DNA of 64,000 bases from the human T2T-CHM13v2.0 reference genome, Homo sapiens, in assembly GCF_009914755.1 (NCBI RefSeq), contig NC_060934.1. One strand, 5' to 3'. The position numbers and the translations under genes are program-made. Every line of letters begins with the position of its first letter. The first letter of the stretch is position 1. The notes beneath the pieces were generated by a model. The model searched no databases, had not been told where the DNA came from, and was given only the letters and a program-made list of their open reading frames with translations. Shown here one piece after another: positions 1-17,557 of the stretch.

Positions 1-520
1 ACTGAGAGATAATTAATATATCATACAATTCACTCATTAAAGTGTACAATTCAATAGCTTTATTATATTCATACAACTGTGCAAACATAACCACAAATAA
101 TTCTCAAACATTTTCATCACCCTGAAAAGTAACCTCGTACACATTAGCAGTCACCTTCCATTTCCCCCAATCCTTCTAGCCCCAGTCAACCACAAATCTA
201 CTTTCTGTTTGGACACTTAATGCAAATGAAATCATACAATATATGGTCCTTCGTGACTGGCTTCTCTTACTTAGCATAATGTTTTCAAGAGTCGTCCATG
301 TAGTATGTATCAGTATTTCATTCCTTTACATTGCCAAATAGTATCCTATTACGCGAGTATACTACATTTTATTGATCTGTTTATTAGCTGTTGACCAACT
401 GGGTTGCTTGCACATTTTGCCATTTATGAATAATGCTGCTATGAACATTCATGTACAAATTTTTGTGTGGATATTTTCATTTCTCTTGGGTATGTACCTA
501 GGAGTGGGAATGCTGGGCTA
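1..520 (-). mobile_element. L1M (L1MB-like) 3' fragment
   Basis: Typical antisense L1M text (aagtgtacaattcaa...aatgctgctatgaacattcatgtacaa...tacctaggagtgg). Confidence 0.75.
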
Positions 521-2020
521 AGCATTGTTTTGAATAATAAATAGGAGTTTTTAAGCTGAAGAGGCAGGGAAAGTCAGAGTAGGGAGAAAAGAGGGGTTAG
601 AATTGGGAGGATGTTTTGTATTTTTAGTAAAACCATGAGGTCTAAAATATAAAGGCATATGCAGGAAACTCATAGTGGTTCTGTATGGAGAAAGTGGTGA
701 GAAATAAAGCTAACAAAGAAAGCAGAGTTCAGGCCATGGAGGAGCTTCTTGGCCTATCCTTTCTTTGGAAGGTACTCGGAGCCATTGAATGCTTTCAAGA
801 AAGGCAGGGCAAGATCACTCCGGAAATCATGTAGAGGGTGGGTTTGGTTCCACAGCCGGGATTCTTCCTGGCAGGCATCTTTGGTCAACGTCTTGCTACC
901 CTCAGAGAATTTTACTCTTCAGAGCGCTCCACCTTAAATATTTGGACTGGCTGCTTGTAATCAAAATAGTGTAATACAGATTTATGATATGTGATGTATT
1001 TATAACATGGGCAAGGGAGTTTTAAGTTAAACCATTTTGTTTTCTAAAAAGATATTGCAAAATTGAGCAAGTTTTATTTATGTTGGTACAAAAATGTGTT
1101 TAAATTAAGTTTTTGAAAATGAGTGTGCCAATTGCTTAGATTCTTTTTTATTTTTACTTTTTGCAGTAAGAAATATTCATTTCAACCAATAAAAAGTCTA
1201 CCAGAATGGTAATTGAAATGGAGAAGATGACTCATGATTTGAACCTGAGTTTTCTGAAATTAAAATTCCTTCTGCATTGGCAGCTCTTACAACAGAATAT
1301 TCTGAAGGTACTCCTTGTTTATTCTTGGTTGAAGGACAAGAACCTGAATTGAGAAGCTGTCATCTGGAATGAATAGTTTTTGTGTCCCTATGGTATAAGA
1401 ACTGTTAGATACTATTAAGAATGTTGTGTATTTCCTCTCTCAAAGCTGCAAATATTGGCTATGACTCTCTTCTGAGTTTTATTTAATATGTTTTCCAGTC
1501 TTTTTCAGTTATGGGCCTTCAAAAATAATATTTCTCCGTGCTGATTCCAAATTGAATTTGTCTTACTATTAAAACAGCTTGTAGTTGCTTTTTAATTTCC
1601 TAACTCACTTGGTAAACATCAGAAGTGGAGCAGTATGAAACGATTTGGAAAAGTTGTATAAAGCCTTCTATTTTCTAGCATTTAGTTTATTGGACTTGCT
1701 TCCTTCCTTTTGAAATGAAATAGAAGTTGGGAAAGTTTAAAACGCTATCAACATACATCCGGTCCAGAAATATGTATTGATTTGTGTGTATCAGATACCA
1801 CAGGGGTATCAGTATACTATGATATAGTGTCAGATACTATGGGAGGCATGGGGGTCAAGATGACAAAGATAAAGGCCCATTTAACAGAGTTTACAACCTG
1901 CTGGAGGAGATGAGAAACATGCACAAATGACTGCTGTGAGACAGTAAGGCAAAGTCTGGGAGTGGCACAGTTGCAGCGCATAGGGATGTAGCAGTGACAG
2001 CAGTCCTTTGGGACTACTTC

Positions 2021-3140
<1,120 letters not shown>

Positions 3141-3201
3141 ATTGTTTTGGGTGATTTTATAAGGGTTGTGCGGAAAAGGAGTCTGTGATTGAACATGTTA
3201 G

Positions 3202-3902
<701 letters not shown>

Positions 3903-4013
3903 TAAATCCTGTTATTTTTTAATTACCCATTGTGAAATTTTGGTCATGTTATTTAACCCTAGAATTTCCTTATCTACGAAAACAATCTATTCCATAAGTA
4001 GTAGAAAGGATTA

Positions 4014-4418
<405 letters not shown>

Positions 4419-5259
4419 TCAGAACCCAAAGTGCTAATATGCATTCTGAACTGAAAAGTGAGAGAGAGAGAGAGAAATCATGCAATTTATTTCAAACACT
4501 TAAAAAAATACAGTGTCTCAAAGGCTAGTGTTCTAAGGAACAGATCTTGAAAACCCTAGGACAGGAAGATTAGAGATAAAGAAGACAGCAGTTGAGCTGG
4601 GCATTGTAAGAAGGAAGTGACTTGATCAACTAAAACTGGGGTACAAAGCATAAAAGAGCAAAAGCAAAAAACAAAGCGTTATTATAATTGAGAGCAGCAA
4701 AAATAGTTTGTAGAAGTTATATTTGTTCCCAGGGGGAAAAAAAATGCCTCCTTGATGGATAGGAAAGAAGCCAAAATGATTGCAGTGAATAGCTACTGTT
4801 TTCCCCCTTCTTCGGGTAGCAGCATCAGAATTTCCTTGGGGAAACACTAGAGGTGAAGAGGTGGATATACTGTGAAAGGGCTGCAGCTAAGACTTCAAAC
4901 AAAGTCCTTGTGTTGTAAAATGGGCAAAAGTGAGATACTTTATCCTCCATTGGTTAAGACCACTGTCTCTTTTTGTTCTGACCTTTCCTCATTCACCCTT
5001 CCATTGTGTTTGAGATATTTAGAAGGGCTGTTGGCCTATTTTTGAATCCATTTGAGGGAAGTTGAGTTGGGAATCATACATTTAGTCTCAGTTTAATGGA
5101 TATATTTATATGGTTCACAGTCACTTCTATGACAGTTCAGTTAGTGCTGGCATCCTAATGTAATTCCTGACTTCCAGAAATACCCCTGTTATCCTGTGAT
5201 GACTGCCTTGTTGTGATGAGCGGACACCGACAGGAAACTGGTTAATGAGAATCATCTAT

Positions 5260-5805
5260 TCTAAGAATATTTAATATCAGTCCCTGGACAAGAAAACTTG
5301 ACATGTCTGGAAATCTTCCAGCTCATATGGAGAAGAAATTTGAGAGATTCCAAACTTGGCAGCAATGATAAAAATACACAGAAAAGTATCAATAACAAGT
5401 TGTGAAGCTGAAAGAACATTTAAAAGCCATCAGTAACCAATGAAACCTCAAACAAAAGGCCCCGACGAATTCTGATCAGCGTGGTAGAGGAAGGACTGAA
5501 TTATCTATTTTCCTTAAAATATGATACTTTGAAGTTATTGTTGTATGAAGAAGTGATTGAAGAGTATTCAGCCAAAAAATGTAGCGGGGAAAGAAAAAGC
5601 CATTATGGACATAGGTCAGGGAGGATTTGGTGATGATTGTGGTATTTCTTAGCTTTTCTGGATCTGTGATTTGTTATTTCTTTTCTTGTTTGAAATATTT
5701 GCCTACAATATCTAGTTTTATATTTGTTGTTTTCTATTCTTTTTCTTAAAAAGGGCTCTGCAAACTGAAAAACCTTTAGAACTCACAAAACTTGATCTGC
5801 CTCTG
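5260..5805 (+). mobile_element. hAT (Zaphod/Tip100-like) transposon 3' fossil with transposase dimerization-domain remnant
   Basis: 5347-5430 translates IPNLAAMIKIHRKVSITSCEAERTFK; downstream pieces read EEGLNYL and YEEVIEEYSAKKC. Confidence 0.65.
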
Positions 5806-7571
5806 GGAATGGTCCTTGTCATGGTGCATGGTGGAGTCCAGGTGGGGCTGATTCCATCCCAGGCTCTGGAAGGGTAAGTCTTTCCAAGCTGGCCAGTGGA
5901 GCATTGCAATCAGCTGGTTTGAGAGAATGAGTCAGGAATGGACATGTGACATGATCAGAGCCAGAGACTCAGTTCTCTGGTTTGTGCCAGGAAGCCAGTT
6001 GGTTGGGAGGCAGACCCTTCCCTAAATGTGCAGGGCACAGGTGGAGGCTTTGTACCATGTGTCTAAAAATGATCAAGACACCAAATTGGTAATCAACATA
6101 TAATCTTTCTAATGTGACTAGTATAATTTCATAAGGACAGAATCAAAATATATGTTTAAGGTCATGATTTTTATATGATTGAAAATTATCAAATAGTCAA
6201 AGACAAATGAATTAAAATTTTGTGAACATGATTGGGCATTCTGTTAGTAGGCTGGCAATGATTAGAGGGATAATAAACACACATGGGCACACACATATAT
6301 CTCAAATTATTACGTAATTATTTCATAAAATGTATTTTTAAAATTTATAACAGCAAAAATAACTATTTTATACTCAAGATTTTACATACTTTGTTCTATT
6401 TATTACAATATTACAATAATGATCCAATGAATTTTTAAAATTTGAATATATTTTCATCAAAAGATACAGAATTAAGGTAAATGCATTTTAAAGAATTAGC
6501 AATATTTTTCTGTTTTCAGTTGTTTTGCTTCTAAGCTATGTCTATTAAAATAAAATGTAAAATGCATATTACAGATAATATAAAAGTGTAAATGAAAGGT
6601 ATATGAATATAGCTTAAATTTCAAAATAATTTTGAAATTGAAATTCAATCTTATTAAATAAAAAAGATTCACAATTCCAGTGTTCAATATTCTTCTAGTT
6701 GCCATGGTATTATACCAGGATCACATCTTGTGCACAAAGCAATCTAGACACATTGTAAAAAATGTAAGGTTGATATGAATTCTTTAGTATTATAAAATGT
6801 CTCTCAGCTATAATGTGCAAATATTAGAAATATTTCTCTAATTGTTGGCTTGCTCTGTAGCCAAAGTTGGGACATGAAGAAACACACAAGAAAAGGGTAC
6901 TTGGCAGTACTGGGAATTAATATTTCATTTGCAAGATTCTATTGCATTCATGCTAATTGATAGAAAGGACTGGACAAATGAATTAATTTGTCTTTTTTTG
7001 TACCTCAACTCTTCCTCCTCTCAAATCCCCTCACACTTCTAATCAGTGTCCGTCTCTGACATCGTCAGCAGGATAACTCACAAGATTTCATGGTGTTCAG
7101 ATACAGGTGAATTTGAGGACACAGAACGAGGGATGGGGAGAAGCATTTCCCGGGTGTCTAAAAGTTGTGATTGATAAGAATGGATGTTTAAGACACTCTC
7201 TAATGAATATATACATAGCATATAGTTTTGTGTGTGTCTATGACAAGTGGAGTCTAAAACCAGAAGACCCAGGGAAGAAATAATACCCTACAGGACCATT
7301 CTGTTGCTACGCAGAATTCCCAGGGCTCAGTCTCCTAGGTGACTTCTTCTCTCCATTGAGGGGATGGGGAAGGCGATCCTACCCCTCACCCAGGCTGCTT
7401 CCTGAGCGAGTTTCTTCTCTCTCTCACTATTTGTCTAATCTCTTTCATGACAAGTATTTAAAAAAGGCTTTGACTCTAATTAGCTTCAGAGTTCTGCCCC
7501 TCGTAGGGGGTAAGAATCCCCTAGTCAAGGAATTATGAAGGTTTGGCAATCTGCTTAAAACACGAAGAGAG

Positions 7572-8210
<639 letters not shown>

Positions 8211-9684
8211 GGAAAAGAGAATAATTCAGGAAAAACGAACAGAAATTAATATATCAATAAATTATCCTGCCACAGTGACAATGGCGACTTGCTTTCCAAG
8301 TGGTGGGAAAATAAGTTTTAGTTGTTTCTTTTATCCCCTGTATCTCAATAGGGGCCAATCATTCTGGAAACCAGCTAGAGAAATGAGAACAGATATTAAA
8401 GAGAAGACTCCAAAGTCCTACCTGAGAATAACACAGCTTCATTGAGGGCCTGCTGACAAGGAGCAGGGGGCGGGGGCGGGGCCAAGACCTGGAGATTTTC
8501 TGTCCTAGAACTTCTTCCAGAAGCGTAGAGAGACAGTTGTCTCCATGAAACAGGTATTGTTAAATAGGACAGTAGCTGAAGCAGCCAGGTTATATATTGG
8601 TGAGCCTAGCATGAAAAGAGAGAATGTTTTGCATAAGACTGAGCAGGCATAATTACAATATGGGTTAGAAGAGTGGTAAAAAAAAGTTAGGTCCAGAGGA
8701 AAATGTATCAAAAGTAAATTGTAATTTTATGTTGTGAACTAATTGGAAGCTTCAAATGGCAATTGAAATTCTTTCTGGGCCTTAGGGAGATGAGGCGGCC
8801 TTCTTCAGGATGTTTGAACTTAATTACCAGGTGCAGCAAAGGCAGAATAGATTTTGTAAAATTACTTAAAATAATTGTGTTGGGCACCAGCAATAGTTAT
8901 ATTTATCTAAAGGCCTTAGCACAACTTTCAAGTTGAAAGGTAATTTGTATCATTGAAAATTTAGTAGAATTTCAGTGCATCTACAGATGAGTGGAAATAA
9001 TGTTTGAAAAATGTGTTCTGTACCCTGTCAGGAATACATTTGAGTTTTAAAGTGTATATGGATGTTTCTTTAGTGGTATAGTGGCAGAAAACTGTTTTTA
9101 TGTTCTTAAAAATATTTTTAAATGCTAAAAGTAATATAACAACATTACAAAGTTTTAGAAAAATAGAAAAAAGTCATGTATAATCTTAACAGCCTACTAC
9201 AAGAACTCATCTTTTCTTTTTATAATCCTTTGTGGGCATATGGTTTCCATATTGTTATGCAATTTTGTATCATGCTCTTTTTTCCCTTATTATAAAATAA
9301 GCATTTTCTTATGTTTTTACATACCCCATATTTTAATTTAAAATTTTAATGGCTGCATGGTATTCCTTTTAGGAACTGTGCCAAAATTAACTTAATGGCA
9401 GTCTCTAGGATAAAACACTTAGATTGTTTTCAATTTTAGCTATTAAAATAAAAATGCAATGAAGGTACTCATATGGGAAATGCCCCCCTTTCATCTCTTG
9501 TCCTGGCTCCAAGTTTTGAATTATTTCTATGAAGTAGGATTAGTGGGTAAAAATGGGGATAGGACATTTTCTTGGCTCTGGATATGAATTGTTTTTTTTT
9601 TTACTAAAGGGTAGTGACAATGAAATAAAATGTTACAATGTTTCAGACCAGCACATTCATCATTGTACTCGCTAGCATTTTGTC

Positions 9685-9785
9685 TTTTCCCTCCCTCCCC
9701 TCCCCTCCCCTCCCTTTCCTTCCTTCTTTCCTTCCTTCCTTCCTTCCTTCTTTCCTTCCTTCCTTCCCTCCTTTCTCTCTGTCTC
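9685..9785. repeat. (CCCCT)n/(CCTT)n low-complexity tract
   Basis: Seen directly. Confidence 0.9.
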
Positions 9786-10041
9786 TAATTTAATACAGCT
9801 CTCCTTTCTGTTCTTTTGTGAGCAGAGTTAAATGTTTTTGCATATGTTTATTTCTTCTTAGGTCTTTTATGAATTGTATTCAGGATCTAAAGGGTAACCT
9901 CTCAAACATGGACCTAAATTGAATTGATGACAAGTTCATTAAAAGTTCCTGAAAATTTGTTAGATGAAAGTAATTACATGCCCAACTCAAGTGAATGAAA
10001 ATAAACTTTTAGTTATATATGAATCAGAAATTAATATTTCT

Positions 10042-10389
<348 letters not shown>

Positions 10390-11774
10390 TTAATAGTTTC
10401 AGATAATGATTTTCTCTGGTTACCTCAATCCAAACTAATTTCCTTCAAAATGTTAATAAGTCTGGATTTCGTGAGTTCTTTAAAAAAAGAGAATAAAAAC
10501 ATTTAAAAATAAGGATTCACAAAAAAGAGTTCTGTGATGACATAATTTGTGATATAACACTCAAGGGGATAGTGGGCAAAAAGAAGAACCTTTCCTCTTT
10601 GTGACACTAAGAGTGCCTAGACAAATTGAATCATATAATCCAGTATCCCCAGTTTGTATGATTTCCCAAATTCTGTTCCAAAGGACCTGACTCCAGCCTC
10701 TTCTTGGAATTTATAAAGCACATTAGCTAAATAAATCTGTTTAACAAATCACTTGATCATACAGTTTACATTCTTCATGGGCGTGGTCATGAGAGATATG
10801 GATGCTTTTTGCTTTGAAAAGAGGAAGACTTGCTCCTTTGACTCTGCCCCTTCCTACCCTAGAAAGCCAAATGAGTAGCAAGGGAGGTGTGGGAACAGGG
10901 GGTGCTTATCTGGGCCTCAGGGAGAAGACTTCGTTGCCTTGGGTTCATGGCGTTTTGCCTTTTTTGGTCATTAAATGGTAAGATCCATAGCAGTGGTTAA
11001 GGTTGAGAATGCTCAAGAAGTACATAATAAAAATCCACGGGATCTTTAGACAAATGTAATAGAACCTCTAACTATTTTTTATTTTCCATCTTATTTTTTG
11101 GATGTTTCCATTTCTATTGTAGAGTAGTATATGTTTATAGTAAGTAAACATATATTAAGGGAAAATGCTGACATTTGGATACTAGTGATCTAAGATGGGA
11201 AAGAATAGGTTGTGGGCTTAAAAGAAAATAAAGAGGATATTTATTTAAAAATATTCATTCAGCAAACAATGAGCGTCAAATATCCTAGGCACTAGTATAG
11301 AGCATATAATAATAAGCCAGGGTCCCTGCCTCCAAGAATTTTAAGGACTTGAGCCAGAGGGACAAAAGATGTTCTAGAAACTCATGTGTAATCAATGTAG
11401 CTCATCAGGCAAGAACATTCAGATTTAGAGCATGTTTTTACTTGGAGTTTTCTCCCATCTCCAATCTATGGTGGCAGCTAATGACTTGTTAAGAACCCTC
11501 TTTTCTGTTCATCTCTTTCTTTTCCATGTCTTTCCATATTAAAGTTATGCACAATGATGCTTGACTCTAAAACCCATGATTCTCAAAGCTGTGTGCACTT
11601 TAGAATTGGTATAGCTAAAAAAAAAACCCCACAAAACCCAGAGTGTACACATTTCTCAATCATTGACCAGATTTCTATAATGAGAAGGAAAACAAAAAAT
11701 AACTGGTCTAGCTAAGAGGTTCATTATTATGTGATTTATCTGGTTAATTGATATCCACTTGGGGTCATTTAATG

Positions 11775-12214
11775 GTATATTTGCTGGGACTCCTATAACA
11801 AAGTGCCACAGACTGGGTTGCTTAAACAACAGGAATTTATTGTCTTATAGTTCTGGTGCCTAGAGCCAGAGAGGAAGATGCCAGCAGTGTTCCTTCTTTC
11901 TGTGGGCTTAGAGACAATCTTTTCCTGGTGCCTCATCTAGCTTCTGGTAGTTTGCTGGCCATCTTTTGCATTCTTTGACTTGTAGATGCATCACCCCAAT
12001 CTCTGCTTTCACCTTTATATGTTTTTCTCCCTGCATCTATCCAAATTTTCCCTTTTTAGAAGAACACCAGTCATATTGAACTAAGGCCCACCCTAATAAC
12101 TTCATCTTAGTTTGATCATCTGCAAACACCCGATTTCCAAAGAAGATAATCTTCACAGGTTCTGAGGATTAAGGCTTCACCATCATTTTGTGGGACACCA
12201 TTCAACCCATAGCA
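11775..12214 (-). mobile_element. MLT1 (MaLR) solo LTR
   Basis: ataacaaagtgccacagactgggttgcttaaacaacagg...ccattcaacccatagca. Confidence 0.8.
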
Positions 12215-12721
12215 GATGGTTAGAATATGCTGGCAGATGGAAGGATGGCTTGACAAATGCCACCATGATCTACAATGATTTTATGCTACAATATTTTATA
12301 TTTCAGACTTAATCAATCTGCCTTCTTTACAGGGACCATTTTGTAATATGTAATTACATTTATATATGCAATTCCATGTAGATAAAGAGTGAGTATTGAT
12401 GTGATTTTGACGGCGACCACGCAATAGTCTGTAATTCTATTTGGTGGTGTCTGAGTTGTGCCTGAGCTCACCACTCCTGCATGGTATCGTTCATGGATTC
12501 TGACCATTTTGGAAGGGCACATTTCCCATCTGATTCTGTTAGTTCAGATGACTCCAATCCTCTCAGCTCCAGGCAACTAGTTCTTATAGTTCTAAGTCTT
12601 ATTTTTTGAGATTTACCTACCCCCTGGGGAGTTCATATTAACTCCTTATACTTCCTCTATGTTGGCCTCTAGATTGTCCTCAATTTTTCTGAGAAGATTT
12701 TATGATATGCTTGAAAACACA

Positions 12722-12852
12722 AGGCTCATGCCTATAATCCCCACATTTTGGAAGGCCAAGACAGGGGGATTGCTTGAGTGCAGGAGTTTTGAGACCAGCC
12801 TGGGCAACATAGGGAGACCTCATCTCTACAAAAAATAAACAAATAAAAACAA
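12722..12852 (+). mobile_element. FLAM / Alu left monomer
   Basis: Single monomer with A-rich tail. Confidence 0.8.
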
Positions 12853-13202
12853 ACCAGAAGGGAAGCAGATATACAGAAAAACAATCTGATAACATGGTCC
12901 CTAAATACTACTTCATGAGTTGGGTGCAACACAATCATTGGGGGGAAATAAATATATTGATTTCAGACTCCATCCACGGAAATTCTGATTCAGCATGCCT
13001 GGGATTGGGCACAGAAACATGTGATTCAGGAAACAGGAATGTAGGGGATGTAGCTTGCTTATCATCCACTTCCTGTTTAGCTCCTCTTAGTGACAGAAGC
13101 CATCTGTCCCACTCTATCTAGGGGTTTTCTCATTCATGTTGGGACTCCTAGAGGTCTAGATTCTAGACTCCAAGTCTTAGAAAGACCTGAGAATCCCCAG
13201 GG

Positions 13203-13410
13203 TGGCAGTGTGGTGTAATGATTGGGAGCCTGAGCAATGGATTCTGCCTCTGGCTAGCTGGCTCACTGTGGGCTTAACCTCTGTGGGTCTCAGTCTCTTC
13301 AACTATAAAAGTAATAAGAGCTGTTTTCTAAATTTGTGAGCTTTAAATGAGTTCCTACATTTAAAGCACTTATGATAGTACTTGGCACATATCAGTCTCT
13401 CAATCAATCT
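13203..13410 (+). mobile_element. MIR
   Basis: Core-like cttaacctctgtgggtctcagtctcttcaactataaaa...ttaaatgag. Confidence 0.7.
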
Positions 13411-15685
13411 TGTTCTTGCTAACATGATTATTTTCCTACCCATCTAAGGTTTAATGTCTAAATTCCAGTTTCTGTCTAAGGAGCTACCTCATTCTAGGAG
13501 ACTTACAGTAGGAATTACATGTTTGATTTCAAATACAAACTCTTGCCATTGGACAAGTTAAACCTTCTCTTTACTCCTCATCCAGTTTGGTATGGACTTA
13601 CCCTAAAGCGGCAACAAGAACACCATATTAGAATGTATAAGGTCATGTGTCTATAATCAGCATAGGAGGTACAGTGGTAGGGCGTTTCTTCCTTATAGCT
13701 GCAGTGGTGGAGTCTGAGTTGGTCTACAGATGCACAGGGAGACCCTGGGTAACTCAAAGCACCGGAGTGAGCTGTAGACTTTCCCCCTTAATCATATCCC
13801 ATTTGTCCAATTCATAGCATTGGGCTGCGGCTTTTGTCTTGCATGCTAGTTCCATGCTGGAACTGGAGTCCTATCCAGGGCCCTGCCCATGTGGCTAGAA
13901 CTCACCCCAGCCACTCAGGCTACTGCAGCCTGGCTCTCTAGGGTAATGAATCCTATCCTTGCTGTCTCAGCACTAGTTTCAAACTTACTGGCAAAAAAGG
14001 TGGTAAGTGAGGTGGGGAACTGCAGAGGGTGGTTGGTGCCTCAAGAGATTTGGGAAGCTGTGTGTTGATATTAAAAATGTGTGTATTGATAGATATGGAA
14101 AATGTCATGAAAATACATTGCCATCACAAACACAGAAGTGCATAAGGCAAGACATATATGAAAGGGACAATTATTTTTATGTTAGAGGAGACATATTACT
14201 CAGCTCTCTCTACAATTATTATCCTTGCTAAGGATTCTCTGGGAATCCTGCTATCTGTGACAGGGACTTCTCTTTTCCTACTCTGTATATCCTTTATTAC
14301 AGTCTCTACTACACTGTGAATTTGTTTACTTGCCTGCCCCTTCAAAGGGCTGTGGCAAGGCCCTTAAGGATTCATCTTTACAGCTCATCACCTGACACAG
14401 TGCCTGGGACTTAGTAGGTGCTCAATAAAAGTTTGCAAAACAAAAGATTTAAGTAACTAATTTTTTTATTAAACCATATGAAGATATCAAAAATTAAAAA
14501 TAGCAAAAAAATGGAAACCAAAAAAATCGTCAACATTGAGGGGTGGCTAAGTAAATCATGACAAGATTTACTTATGTGACAGAATTTCATGATTTGAATA
14601 ATAATGTTTTCAAAAATATTTAATGACACAAGATAATATTAATCTATTATTAAGTTAAAAAGCAGTGTATAAAACTCTGTGGTGTCATCCCATATGTTAG
14701 TATATAAAACATAATTGTGTGTATATATTAGATGTATGGGTCTAAGAAAGGAAAACAATGTTACTGGTGATCATCTCTGCTTGGTAAACTAGTTGTTATT
14801 TTCTTTGCAGTATTTTATCTTACAAATTTTCTGCATGTATTTTTTTCCTTTGTGGATTTGTGTAGAGAAGTATGCGTGTATTTTTATGTTCTGAGAGAAA
14901 TCGAGAGATGGAATTTAAAAAATAAAATACAAGCTAAGAAAGCCTAGTGAAGCATTGCTAAGGCTGTTCTCATGGGGTGGGGGAGGGTAAAAAGAGGGAT
15001 GAGATCATTTATTACTTCAAGATTAAGTTAGAAATTTGTCCTCAGGATCTCCAGGCTTTAAAGGAACCCTCTGCTGGCTCCTTTCTGAAAGTGATTCCTT
15101 GGAATCATGCCACCTGCTCCAGGATGACCTGGGTCAGTCTGGCTCTTGCCTCATGAGGGACAGCAGCTGTTTGCAATTTTTGCTGTGTTCTTCCTGTTAC
15201 AAGCCAAGGTGTTACAAAGAAAGAACTCTATACAGAGGTGTCCTCAAGGGGTGGCCCCCTCTCTTTGTCCCACCAAGGCAGATTCCTTCTCCTGAGGTGT
15301 GGGCAACCTCACAGCGGGGCAGAAAATATAACACAACCATGTGTTGTGCAGAGCAGTCTGTCTGGTCACAGTTCAAAAGCCTTTCAAGCAAAAGTTTCTC
15401 ATTTATTATAGAAAGGAAAACATTATTGCAAAGATTCTTAAATGAGGGCTAGTGAACCATGTTGAGGCTAACTTAAAAAGGGGTGGGGTTGCAAAATTGC
15501 CCCTGCTAGAGGAAGATGAGGAATGGACTGGGAGCATTTGAAAGCCGAGGTGACCTAGGAGAGCAGGGGTGGAGGCTAAATTTATACTCGGCATCTAGGT
15601 CATGCTGACCTGCTTGGGAAAGGGAATTTGAGAGGAGGGTTGAGTGATAACTGTGAGGCCAGTGCATAAATAAAAGTGGCCTAGG

Positions 15686-15846
15686 CCAGTGCTTCTCAGA
15701 TTTGCACATGTGCACAAATCACCTGGGATCTTAAATGCAACTTCTGGTCCAGCAGGTCTGAGTGGGGCCTGAGAAGCTGCATCTCTAGCACGCTCCCACG
15801 TGATGCTGATGCGGCTGGTCCATGGACCACACTTTGAGAAGTGAGG
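15686..15846. mobile_element. MER5A/MER5A1 (hAT-Charlie)
   Basis: cagtgcttctca...ggtctgagtggggcctgaga...ggaccacactttgag. Confidence 0.78.
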
Positions 15847-16397
15847 GCTTAAAAGCTGGGAGGCGACACAAAAAGGGCTTTGAGGGGCTGAGAGGAGTGC
15901 AGTTTACCTTGTTGTCTGAGCACACGAGGCCGGTTGGGGAAGGATTTCCTAGTGATAGCAAAAATCATTTGATCAGGTTGGAAGGGAAGCCATCTGTTTT
16001 CAGCCAGTAGTATTTGGGAAGCCCTGTGGTGTGGTGGAATAGAGATCAGGATTTTGAGTCACATTGACATGAGTGTGAATCCAAAGGAGCTTGGTGTTTA
16101 TCTTCTAGGGGACAGGAGGCTTTGAAGGGTTTAAGTTTCTCCTGGTCAACGCATTCCTTAGCCTGCTGGCTAAGGGCCTCATGCATGCTTGAGACATAGC
16201 TGGAAGCTTCAGTGGAAATGGCCCACCGCCACCCTCCTGGCCCAGTTGAGGGACACTTCCTGGCCAGAGCCACTTGCCCAGAAAGGAAGAAAGGTTTGCA
16301 AAGCCCAACCTCTAGCCACAGTCAGGGCACACACTGGACTCAGGGCCCCTTCCCATAACGAGGCTGGCTCTCTGTTCTGTGTTATCAGCATCTTGCA

Positions 16398-16556
16398 CCC
16401 TTGATACTCAAACTCGGGTCTGCAGACGAGCCATGTCTGTATCACCTTGTTAGAGACTCAGAATCTTTGACTCCATCTCAGAGCTTCTAAATCAAATCTG
16501 CATTTTAAGAAGATTCCAAAGTGATGTGCATGCACATTAAAGTTGGAGAAGTACTA
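16398..16556. mobile_element. MER5A1, opposite orientation to the previous copy
   Basis: aatctgcattttaagaagattcc...gcacattaaagttggagaagtact. Confidence 0.65.
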
Positions 16557-17189
16557 CCTCACATAACTCTTCCATCAGCACTTTTCAGGCCAGGGAAAGA
16601 AAATTAATAAATTAAACAAGTGCTTACATAGCCTTACTGTTGACCAGGCAATGTTCTAAGCACCTTTCAAATATTAACTCATGTAGTCGGCCATCAGCCA
16701 CATCACTGCACTCTTCTCTTGCCTGAAGCCTATGTCACAGCCACACTGCAGTGTCCAGGAGGGCAGTAGGTGTCCTGTCATGTAGAACTCTAGCACCTGC
16801 CTGGCCAGCTGGGAGGTGACTTCAGGCTCTTCCTGGGGCTCAGCAAAAAGCACAGCCTATGGGGGAGATTTGCATGTGAGGGGCTGTCTTTGTGGAATCA
16901 TCCTTTCTAAGCATCTTGGAAAGCGTTCTGGGTTCTGATAGTGATTGCATTCTAGAAATGGGTTGGTAGATTGGCTTTCATCATCTCTTTCTCTCTAGCC
17001 ATTCTTCAGACTCTAGAGGGAGGGGAAAGATAGCTGTTTGAAATCTCAGATCAGGACAATGGGGTGAGTCTCTGGCATGGAAAACCACCTACTTGGGTTT
17101 TCTATGCCAGAGACTCACCCATTGGCCTGATCTGAGATTTCTGATCTAAGTCCACTCTCAGGGTGTGGACTTTTGGCCATATCAGGCCA

Positions 17190-17400
17190 TGGTTTAGATT
17201 TTGGACTCTGGAGAAAGACTTCCTGGGTTCAAACCTGTGTCTATCACTTGCCAGTTGTATGGACCATGGATAAATTACTTAACATCTCTGTACCTCAGTT
17301 TTCCCAACTGTAAAAGGGACATATAAAGTACCTACTTTATAGATGTGTGGTGAGGATTAAATGAATTAATATGTGTAACATACCTAGATGCACTCAATGT
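17190..17400 (+). mobile_element. MIR
   Basis: tggactctggag...cctgggttcaaa...ttacttaacatctctgtacctcagtttt. Confidence 0.8.
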
Positions 17401-17557
17401 TACCAATTGTTGTGGTTCTGCCCCAAGTCAGAGTTCACATCTCCTTCATCCTGATAGGGCTGGATGGCTGTGCTATTCAGGAGGCCTAGAACTAAGCTGG
17501 GGATTCCAGGCATGTCCCCAGAATTGAAGAGGGAGTTGGCAGAGGAATTAAGGCTGC

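Noticed and set aside
6005-6760. AT-rich block next to the hAT fossil, possibly another old DNA transposon
   Set aside because: No family or termini could be identified by eye; needs a Dfam search.
15036-15452. 138-aa + strand ORF
   Set aside because: Non-ATG start in the sequence (ttg), no recognisable domain, no supporting gene structure.
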